A stretch of DNA of 58,769 nucleotides, filler included, from Bacteriovoracaceae bacterium (GTDB taxonomy: Bacteria; Bdellovibrionota; Bacteriovoracia; Bacteriovoracales; Bacteriovoracaceae): the NCBI GenBank assembly GCA_018649885.1. It is 3 parts of 3 records of this genome, joined end to end, with 100 filler letters (N's around TTAATTAATTAA, not from the genome) between each part and the next. Parts side by side here need not be neighbours in the genome. Positions count along the whole stretch, not along the records: positions 1 to 26,893 come from JABIHA010000114.1; 2 more parts are not named here. One strand, given 5' to 3'. The notes beneath the pieces are model-generated. The model was given only the letters and a program-made list of their open reading frames with translations. It had not been told where the DNA came from and made no database searches. The translations under genes and the position numbers were made by a program. Of the stretch, positions 11,090 through 18,467 are shown in pieces. Positions within the stretch are counted from its first letter, which is position 1; every line of letters starts with the position of its first letter.

Positions 11090-12088
11090 TTGGAGGGCAC
11101 TGTGCTGAGAATCTTACTTGTAGCAACACTTGTATTTCAATCCTCTTACGTATTTTCTTGCGATCAGCTAGCAGATACTGGATTCGCACCTGAGAATGAC
11201 TTGTATATTCCAGTTGGACTTAAGTCTGGCAATACTATGGATGAAAAAGATTTTAACCAAATTATTGATGACGTTGTTGCTATTTATAAAAAACAAGTGG
11301 CAAACGCAGGCGGTGAAATTACTGTCTTAAAAGATTGGGCAACAGGAACTGTTAATGCATTTGCATGTAGAAGTATTTTTAAGGACAGGTGTCCAAGAAA
11401 AGCTTCTGAGGTTGGAAATAACTACTTATTAAAAATGTTTGGTGGTCTTGCGAGACACCCAGAGATGACTAAAGATGGCTTTGCCATCGTTGTTTGCCAC
11501 GAACTTGGTCACCACATTGGTGGGGCTCCTAAAAAAGGTGCTAGATGGGCAAGTAGTGAAGGTCAGTCAGACTACTGGGCCACAACAAAATGTATGAAAA
11601 ACTACCTCCTTGGTGCTAAGCCGGTTAGAGGTGGATACAAGAAATCAGCTGATTTTCGCAACACTCAAACTTTGTGTTCAGCTCAATACGAAAGCTTCGT
11701 TGATAAAGATATCTGTGTAAGAACAACTGTTGCAGGGCAAGCACTTGCTAAAGTTTTAAAGTCTCTAAAGGTAGAGCGTTTAAGAGCTTGTGCAGATGGA
11801 AACGTTGTTAAGTGTGGAAGAACTTATACTCCTCGCACAGCTAGAGTTAAGATGGATGCCATGATTGCTAACCCTCTTTCACTTTTAACTCCTGATAAGG
11901 CAGTTGTTAAGACTTCTTATACTGGTCACCCAAAAGCTCAATGTCGTTACGACACTTTCTTTCAAGGCTCTCTTTGCAGCGTTGATAAGGATGCTAAGGT
12001 AGACGAAAAAGATCCAACGGTAGGCTTTTGTAATAGAGGGAAAGATTCCACAGGTGTTAGACCTCATTGTTGGTACAAGCCACTTTAA
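11090..12088 (+). CDS. Secreted Cys-rich zinc metalloprotease (HExxH; M48-like)
   Basis: Signal peptide; 'VNAFA', 'CHELGHH' and a downstream 'SEGQSDY'. Confidence 0.75.
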   Translation: MEGTVLRILLVATLVFQSSYVFSCDQLADTGFAPENDLYIPVGLKSGNTMDEKDFNQIIDDVVAIYKKQVANAGGEITVLKDWATGTVNAFACRSIFKDRCPRKASEVGNNYLLKMFGGLARHPEMTKDGFAIVVCHELGHHIGGAPKKGARWASSEGQSDYWATTKCMKNYLLGAKPVRGGYKKSADFRNTQTLCSAQYESFVDKDICVRTTVAGQALAKVLKSLKVERLRACADGNVVKCGRTYTPRTARVKMDAMIANPLSLLTPDKAVVKTSYTGHPKAQCRYDTFFQGSLCSVDKDAKVDEKDPTVGFCNRGKDSTGVRPHCWYKPL

Positions 12089-12116
12089 TATTTAAAACAA
12101 AAAGATTTAAAGATAC

Positions 12117-12150
12117 AAAAAGCTCCTGAACAAACAGGAGCTTTTTTTTT
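12117..12150. terminator. Bidirectional terminator between convergent genes
   Basis: AAAAAGCTCCTG-N6-CAGGAGCTTTTTTTTT. Confidence 0.85.
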
Positions 12151-12157
12151 GTGATTT

Positions 12158-13300
12158 CTATATTCTGGGAGTCACTAATGTTTTAAAGAATCTAAAGAAG
12201 AACACCAAGTACCCCAGAGTCCAAAAACCCATGGTGCTATGAAGGGCAGGGTAATAGTGATCAAATGCTATTAGGGGGATCAGCACTCTCATTACGGCCC
12301 CTAATAAGGTGGCCAAGTACATAAAGATCATCCACCTGTCTGCTCGAATTTCTCTTCCTGTGTGCCCTAGAACTACTCTGCCCATGATTCCTAGACCCAT
12401 TATCCCTAGAAGACCTGAGGTAAGTAGGTGGGTAGTGATTGTTCCATTTAAGAGAATAGGGAAAAAGGGCTCAAGCGCCAAACTGAGTAGGTGGAGTAGC
12501 ATAAAAGCATAGGCCACATAGAGTATCCATAACATGGGGAACTTTCGTGTATGCAGGGGTTTCCAGCGCATATAACGGTAGAGATTTGTTATGAGACAAA
12601 ATAAGGAAAGGAAAACCTGAATACTAACAGGATAATAAGGATAGGGAATCAACAGTATAAGCGGGATCACACACAGTAAATTGAGCTTGAATGGTATTTC
12701 TTCAAAGGCCTTTGGAGCCTTTTTGCTTAGAAAGAAGGGAATGACCTTGCCAGCAACTGCAGCGATTATCACTCTTATCAAACCTAAAGCGATCACCTTA
12801 CCTGTTTCCGTATAGGCCACATTTTCTACTAAAGCTCCCCAGCTAAAGAGAAATTTAGATAGACCAAAGACTGTAAAGAACACTCCCAAGGCAAATGAGA
12901 TTTTTCTATTTTTTCTAACAAGATTCACCACTAATATCAGCAGCAAAAGGGAGAAAAGTACCCCAAAGCTGAAAGTGATCTGTTTAGAAAAAAATGGGTA
13001 AAATAGGGCCAATCTTTCTAGTACCCATAGTAGAGATAGAGGCAAGATTGCTTTGATACCATAGCTTTCGGTATTGGCCCAATGGGCTCCGGCCGTCAGG
13101 ATAAAGCCAGAAAGTAGAGCTGAAGTAAAACCAAATAGCATTTCATGGATATGCCAGTCGGTCATATCAAAGTACTCACCGTAATAGGTGTAATCGCTAA
13201 CTAGAAAGCAGATAAAGAACATGGGGACAAGTGTGGCCGCAAGGGAAGCAAGCAAGAACATGGCCCTGAAGGGTTCAGAGAAAACGGTCAAATATCTCAT
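12158..13300 (-). CDS. nnrS: NnrS family nitrosative-stress membrane protein
   Basis: 'PFRAMFL', 'WHIHEMLFGF', 'GFILTA', 'HLLT.G' and 'RVVLGHTGR'. Confidence 0.92.
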   Translation of the reverse strand: MRYLTVFSEPFRAMFLLASLAATLVPMFFICFLVSDYTYYGEYFDMTDWHIHEMLFGFTSALLSGFILTAGAHWANTESYGIKAILPLSLLWVLERLALFYPFFSKQITFSFGVLFSLLLLILVVNLVRKNRKISFALGVFFTVFGLSKFLFSWGALVENVAYTETGKVIALGLIRVIIAAVAGKVIPFFLSKKAPKAFEEIPFKLNLLCVIPLILLIPYPYYPVSIQVFLSLFCLITNLYRYMRWKPLHTRKFPMLWILYVAYAFMLLHLLSLALEPFFPILLNGTITTHLLTSGLLGIMGLGIMGRVVLGHTGREIRADRWMIFMYLATLLGAVMRVLIPLIAFDHYYPALHSTMGFWTLGYLVFFFRFFKTLVTPRI

Positions 13301-13418
13301 GCTGCAATCTTATCAATCAAGGGAACAGTTGGGTAGCCGTAAAAGACAGCTGCAGTGCAGATTTAGGCAATCCCCATTTTCGGGACTGCCCCCTGTGTAG
13401 TTGGTTTTGTCTATTATG

Positions 13419-13877
13419 TTATGCCGTGGCCCTATAGTTATGAAGACTTTTAATGTCATACCTAAAGGGTAGCGGACCCATGAGCCACTCTTTTTCAGAG
13501 TCTAGCAAAAGGTGCATCAGATCTGTTGAGGTGACAATTCCCAGCAGATGCCCGCTTTGATTTGTAACTGGTAAGCAGTCAATTTTGTTATTGAGCATAA
13601 TACTGACGGCGTCACTAACACTGCACTTTTCATCACAAGTGCGAACTACTGTGGTCATGATTTTTCCAATGTGCATATTGGGCACAATCATAACTCCATC
13701 TTCAAGAGTTGAGTGAAGGTATAGGTCTCTATCTGAAACAATTCCGACAATCTCCTTGCCTCTTATAACAGGTAAATGCCTACAGCGAAGGGCCGTCATA
13801 ATATGGTTGGCATCTTTGATGCAATCATCCTCTTGCAGGGTCACAACAATCTTTGTCATAGTAGTTTTTACGTTCAT
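13419..13877 (-). CDS. Tandem CBS-domain protein
   Basis: 'RHLPV..IVGIVSDRD' and 'CLPV...LLGIVTSTD'. Confidence 0.9.
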   Translation of the reverse strand: MNVKTTMTKIVVTLQEDDCIKDANHIMTALRCRHLPVIRGKEIVGIVSDRDLYLHSTLEDGVMIVPNMHIGKIMTTVVRTCDEKCSVSDAVSIMLNNKIDCLPVTNQSGHLLGIVTSTDLMHLLLDSEKEWLMGPLPFRYDIKSLHNYRATA

Positions 13878-14063
13878 ATGCTCCTCCTTTTTTAATCATG
13901 GTCCTCTCTCTATTTATCGCATGGATGGGGGGGAGATTTGATGATCCTAGTTATGAATTTGGATGAGTTTCTTTGTAAAAGTAATTGATTTTCTTTACCT
14001 GTAATTAATTAAGTCAGACTAAAAAACTTTGGTACTCCTGGTGATGACTTAAGGGGACAATTT

Positions 14064-14098
14064 TTTACAGATGCTAGTGGCATAGGCAAAATAGGCAA
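14064..14098 (+). promoter_or_regulatory. Putative sigma70-type promoter for a leaderless RT transcript
   Basis: TTTACA (14064) - 17 nt - CAAAAT (14087) - 6 nt - ATG 14099; no Shine-Dalgarno sequence. Confidence 0.4.
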
Positions 14099-15415
14099 AT
14101 GATTAGCTGGAGTAACATTTATTGTGAGGCCGAGCTGTATAAAGCTGCAGTTGCCTTATACACCAGACCCATTTTCAACTGGAAGAAGGCACTCTCAAGC
14201 GGTGTGGACCAAAAGAATTTTTACGATTTTGCCAGTGTTGGTCTGAGGGGGATTGATAAGATTCACCGCAAGCTACGAAGAAAAAGCTTTCAATTTGGGA
14301 ATGCAAAAAAAATTGATTCCCAATTCAATTCACGGATGCGAGAGATTTATATTTATTCTTGGGAAGATAGGCTTGTGGATTTGGCCCTATTTAGAATGCT
14401 CAATCAGGCGATGCACCATCAATTTGCACAGAACTCTTACGCCTACAGGGCCCAGGGCTTTGGAATTGATTGTTGCCAGAAAGATATCGTGAAGACGTTG
14501 CACCAGCATAGTTCACCTCATTTTCTCATTAAAAGAGATATTGTGAATTATTTTGGTTCCATTGATCATCAAATTTTACTGGATAAACTAGCACAGTATA
14601 TTGATCCCCATGATTATTTATTCAAGTTATTAGAGCAAAGAGTGCGATTTTCTTATGAAGATGAGGCACAAACTAAAGTGGACTCTGTGGTGGGAGTTCC
14701 CTTTGGCACTTCTATTGCTGGTCTTTTGGCCAATATATACTTTACTAAGCTAGATCATCAAATGAAGGTCATAAAAGGGCTGAAATATTTTAGATATGCC
14801 GATGATTTTTTAATTCTTTGCAGGGATCAAAAGCTATTTAATTTGGCAAAAGGTCTATTCGCTGATGAGCTGATAGAGCTTAAGCTTACCAGCAAAAAAT
14901 CTCATGAAATAAATTTGGAGATAGGAGAGTCTGAATACTTTGATCATCTTGGCGTGCGGTTTTTTGGAAGTGGTCACACTAAATTGACTGTGGAAAAGCA
15001 AAGAAAGATACAAAATTTATTCAAATACGCCTTGAGAAGGAAAAAGAGTAAAATATTGAAAATAAAAGACCCTCATAAAAGGGCCAAACTAGCAGTGACA
15101 CTGATCAAAGAGGCCCTAGAAAAAGGGATGAGAAATGTAGGAATCATTGATTACTACTTGAGGCATTCCAAGGATGAGGCGCAATTAAAGTCACTTGATT
15201 TGTGGCTTGCTCAATTAGTGTTAAAATTCTCACTGGGAAATGGAAACAAAAAAGGAAACTTTAAAAAAATTAGCTTCCAAACTCTAAGGAAAATGGGTCT
15301 TCCCTCACTAGTTCACAGAAGAAGGTTATTAGCTCACTCAAAAATTGATTCACCTTTTTTCATTTGGAATAACCACCAAAAAGAAAAAGGGGCCAAGGCC
15401 TTCCATCCCCACTAA
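14099..15415 (+). CDS. Reverse transcriptase, group II-like, with no intron RNA detected
   Basis: RT blocks 'SSGVD', 'EDRLV', 'SYAYR', 'KRDIVNYFGSIDH', 'GVPFGTSIAGLLANIY', catalytic 'RYADD', 'FDHLG', and a thumb/maturase-like C-terminal 'GLPSL'. Confidence 0.93.
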   Translation: MISWSNIYCEAELYKAAVALYTRPIFNWKKALSSGVDQKNFYDFASVGLRGIDKIHRKLRRKSFQFGNAKKIDSQFNSRMREIYIYSWEDRLVDLALFRMLNQAMHHQFAQNSYAYRAQGFGIDCCQKDIVKTLHQHSSPHFLIKRDIVNYFGSIDHQILLDKLAQYIDPHDYLFKLLEQRVRFSYEDEAQTKVDSVVGVPFGTSIAGLLANIYFTKLDHQMKVIKGLKYFRYADDFLILCRDQKLFNLAKGLFADELIELKLTSKKSHEINLEIGESEYFDHLGVRFFGSGHTKLTVEKQRKIQNLFKYALRRKKSKILKIKDPHKRAKLAVTLIKEALEKGMRNVGIIDYYLRHSKDEAQLKSLDLWLAQLVLKFSLGNGNKKGNFKKISFQTLRKMGLPSLVHRRRLLAHSKIDSPFFIWNNHQKEKGAKAFHPH

Positions 15416-15424
15416 ATAAAACCA

Positions 15425-15453
15425 TTGAATCAGTTGTTTTAGTATGAAACAAT
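15425..15453 (+). promoter_or_regulatory. Putative promoter for the ncRNA and Zn-ribbon gene
   Basis: TTGAAT (15425) - 17 nt - AACAAT (15448) with TG in the extended -10 position. The expected start (~15458-15460) coincides with the 5' arm of the long stem. Confidence 0.5.
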
Positions 15454-15457
15454 TGTC

Positions 15458-15652
15458 AGATGGTTAAGGACAAAAGGGGAGTGATTGCTAGGTCATAATT
15501 ATGACTTTCTTCCCTGACTCAAAAGCACAGAACCTAATTTATTTGTGGAAGAGAATATTCTATGTAGATGGGTGTAATTGAAGTCGGTCCAGATACTTAA
15601 AAGTATCAAGACAGACGTTGTAATAGTCACACTCTTTTGACCTTTACCATCT
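15458..15652 (+). ncRNA. Putative RT-associated structured ncRNA
   Basis: 15458-15490 pairs with 15621-15652 (~28 bp including G-U pairs). It encloses hairpins GTCAT-AATT-ATGAC, TCTTCC/GGAAGA (with an inner CACAGA/TTTGTG) and GTCGGTC..GATACTT-AA-AAGTATC..GACAGAC. Confidence 0.7.
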
Positions 15653-15686
15653 TTGATTATGATAGTTGACTACTTCGGGAGGTGAA

Positions 15687-16061
15687 TTGGGAATCGCATC
15701 ATTTTTAGGTCGATGGAATAAATGCCCATACTGCCAAAAATACACTGCCAAGAGCTTTCTGGGCTCAGTTGAGTGTGCAACTAGGACTTGTAAACACTAT
15801 AATCTGGGTTTTAGTGAAAAATATCAGCACGCTTTTTATGGCGACGAAATCAAAGGTTCAACTTCAAGTGTGAGAGGCGATAGGGTCTATATCAAATACA
15901 AAAATCACCGTGGTGAGGATGTGCTATTTAATGGCGAGACAAACTCGCTTGAGCTAGTAAAAAATCATCTCAAAGTAAAAGTTTTCCCAAAAGACCAATT
16001 TATCTATTTAAGTAAGGACAAAATCTCAAATTATCGTGATTTCTCAGGTCTTGTTAATTGA
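15687..16061 (+). CDS. Small Zn-ribbon plus WYL-like domain protein
   Basis: Strong SD GGGAGGTGA before TTG 15687; CPYC-x13-C-x4-C. The C-terminal 'VYIKYKNHRGE ... IYLSKDKISN' resembles the WYL pattern IxYxxxxG ... FRLDRI. Confidence 0.65.
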   Translation: MGIASFLGRWNKCPYCQKYTAKSFLGSVECATRTCKHYNLGFSEKYQHAFYGDEIKGSTSSVRGDRVYIKYKNHRGEDVLFNGETNSLELVKNHLKVKVFPKDQFIYLSKDKISNYRDFSGLVN

Positions 16062-16157
16062 TCCTTTAAGTTCAATACCACCAATTCTACAACTACAGCT
16101 AAACTTAAAGTATTTTCAAAAAATGCCGAACTTGATTGTGCGAAATGAGGAGATATT

Positions 16158-17531
16158 ATGAATAAATTTAGTTTAGTAACCTTGGTGGCATTTTTGCTTG
16201 TTACTTCTTTCATAACAAATGGATACTCAAGTGAGTCCGGATCTGATCGTAGCGTTGCACTTTCGCTAACAGGGATCGCAATGCTTGAAGAGCGAGAGGT
16301 TTCTCGAATAAATATTTACCATGAGCATTTCAAAGACTATTTTGAGAAGGTCAATAAAGGCGGTACTTTTAATTCCATCGAAGAGTTTTATATTCAAAGA
16401 AAATTTTCTGAGGTTTTAGCTGATAAAGATGCTAGTGGGGACCTGAGTGAAGAAGAAATTCAAGCTGCAGTTGAAGAAAGTAAGAGTATTAGAGCAGCTG
16501 CTCTTGCAGGCGATGATGAAGGAGATCTAATGTTCTCTTTCGATTCGGAAGATTCAGAGCAATCCGGGGAGCCAAGGCCACATGATCTCTACAAAGAAGA
16601 ACTTAAAAAAAGAATAGCAGAAAATGATCCTGTTCTTTCTCGGACAATGGCACGGGCAGGAAGAGTGGTTAATGCCTCAATTCTTGCTGACTATAAAGAA
16701 GAGTTGAAAAAAGTGAACTCCCCAGAAGCTTATATGGAAGTGCATCGAAAATTCATAGCAGATTTGAAAAAGGCGGACATAACTCTTTCAACTAAATTGT
16801 TAGACGATTTAAATTTTTTCAGATACACGAATGCCTATGTGAAATTTTATCTTCCAAATAGTAATGAACCTCCACTGAAAGGAATGAAGCTTCCTCATCC
16901 CTTTGAATATGCAAAAGAGATTGCAGATGGTGATTTTTTATCTACTAGTGAAGCAAAATTAGTAAGTGCACTATCATTATCTAATCCAAAGACATGTCTA
17001 AGATGGGATGATGGATTTCCTCCGCGTATTTACCGAGATAAGGAAAATGGATGTGGAGCCATATGTGCTGGTGCGGTAAAGTGTAAAAGCTTTTTTGGTA
17101 AATACGAATCAAAGATTGTTAGTTGTAATCCACGAATTTGTAAGGATAAGAATATTTCACTGGTAGATATGGCCAAAGAGTGTGCAGAAATGGTTGGCTA
17201 TGAACCTCCAGCAAAAGCTGAAAAGAATTTCGACGCCGATCCATGGACTATCTTTGAGAGAGGTCCCTATGTTTTTAAAAATAAAGATTACAGAGGAAAT
17301 ACCTGCGTCGGAATTTGTGTGGCCGTATCAAATGCAGAGAGCATAGGCCGCGATTTTAGTGGAGGTGAAGTAAGTAATCGAGTGAGCAAGATAACGACTT
17401 GTCATCCAAAAAGTTGTGCAAAAGGTGCAAAGGCTTGCTGGGATGATCCAGATTATTCCTCTAAAGACATCAAGTCCTGGAGCGATAAGAAAAGCTCTGA
17501 AGCTGATTCCGGTGGATCAGTCTCAGAATAA
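16158..17531 (+). CDS. Secreted hypothetical protein with a duplicated Cys-rich C-terminal module
   Basis: SD GAGGAG, signal peptide, and two similar 'C..IC...(x)..C.P..C...AK.C' units. Confidence 0.7.
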   Translation: MNKFSLVTLVAFLLVTSFITNGYSSESGSDRSVALSLTGIAMLEEREVSRINIYHEHFKDYFEKVNKGGTFNSIEEFYIQRKFSEVLADKDASGDLSEEEIQAAVEESKSIRAAALAGDDEGDLMFSFDSEDSEQSGEPRPHDLYKEELKKRIAENDPVLSRTMARAGRVVNASILADYKEELKKVNSPEAYMEVHRKFIADLKKADITLSTKLLDDLNFFRYTNAYVKFYLPNSNEPPLKGMKLPHPFEYAKEIADGDFLSTSEAKLVSALSLSNPKTCLRWDDGFPPRIYRDKENGCGAICAGAVKCKSFFGKYESKIVSCNPRICKDKNISLVDMAKECAEMVGYEPPAKAEKNFDADPWTIFERGPYVFKNKDYRGNTCVGICVAVSNAESIGRDFSGGEVSNRVSKITTCHPKSCAKGAKACWDDPDYSSKDIKSWSDKKSSEADSGGSVSE

Positions 17532-17545
17532 AACAAGCTTAGTTT

Positions 17546-17574
17546 TAGGCACTATGACTTCCTTATAGTGCCTA
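17546..17574. terminator. Hairpin between convergent genes
   Basis: TAGGCACTATGA-CTTCC-TTATAGTGCCTA. Confidence 0.7.
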
Positions 17575-17579
17575 GGTCT

Positions 17580-18230
17580 TTAATCACTTTTTAGGTAGTC
17601 CCAAAAAAATTCTGTAAAGACGTCTTCACTGTAGCCCTCGGCAATGGCCTGTTGAACTTTTTGATGCTCAGCTCTTTGTCTAATAACCATGTCCACTCTT
17701 TTTTGAGAGTAGTAATACCATTGGTATACTTCCTCTCCCACCTGACACCTTTTGTCCTTGGCAATTTGCTTCACCCTTTGTCCAAAGTAGCTTAGAAAAG
17801 ATTTCAGGGAATGGTAGGCACCCAATGTCATCGCCTTATGTTCTTCTAAGATGAATGATTCGCTCGTTACCTTTCCATTAATAAGGTAGGTGGGGCGAGC
17901 ATCTTCTCCCACCCGGCATTTACCAATATCGTATTTTAATGCCACAAGGGCCGCTTCTTCATTGCTGAGAGATTTAAATATTTCTGTGAAAACCATCATT
18001 TTATCTGTAACCATGATCAATTCTTGTTTAGGAGGCGTGGAGCTGATTAGAATACTTCTTCTAGGGCAAACCTTATCTGGTACCCACTCTCTACAGTGGC
18101 CATTATCGCGATTCATACACCTCAACTGACCATTGGGAACCATCTCCTGTGGAAGACACTGCGAAAAAGGGCTTTGAATAAAAGAAACGAAAAATAAAAT
18201 AGTAAGTGTGGTGTACTTAATAACAATCAT
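17580..18230 (-). CDS. Secreted hypothetical protein
   Basis: 216-aa ORF with a signal peptide, an SD-like AGGGGA and a Cys-containing N-terminus. Confidence 0.7.
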   Translation of the reverse strand: MIVIKYTTLTILFFVSFIQSPFSQCLPQEMVPNGQLRCMNRDNGHCREWVPDKVCPRRSILISSTPPKQELIMVTDKMMVFTEIFKSLSNEEAALVALKYDIGKCRVGEDARPTYLINGKVTSESFILEEHKAMTLGAYHSLKSFLSYFGQRVKQIAKDKRCQVGEEVYQWYYYSQKRVDMVIRQRAEHQKVQQAIAEGYSEDVFTEFFWDYLKSD

Positions 18231-18467
18231 ATTAGTCCCCCTTGGGTGAGACCATATTATAGATACATTGGAAATTTGGGGTTAGAGCAATTTTTTTTAA
18301 AAGAAGAAATTACAGTTGTGTATACTAGAAAGGCAGATTTCCAATTTTTGTAAATAGAAAGATTTCAATTGCTTTATTTTGTATACAAGAAGCGTCAACA
18401 AATGGCCTATAAGTTTCCGGGTGTTAACACTAGGGACATCATAAGTATTTATTTAGTGGCGCTTTCT

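Noticed and set aside
14082..14099. Tandem ATAGGCAAA x2 at the RT start
   Set aside because: Only two short copies overlapping the putative -10; too weak to call an operator.
14099..15415. Canonical retron RT or CRISPR-associated RT
   Set aside because: It lacks the retron NAxxH and VTG motifs (HLG instead), and there is no cas1/cas2 or array in the window.
14099..15660. RT as a group II intron
   Set aside because: No domain V/VI-like sequence (AGC/CGC triad hairpin) after the ORF, only ~220 nt upstream before the divergent CBS gene, and no interrupted host gene.
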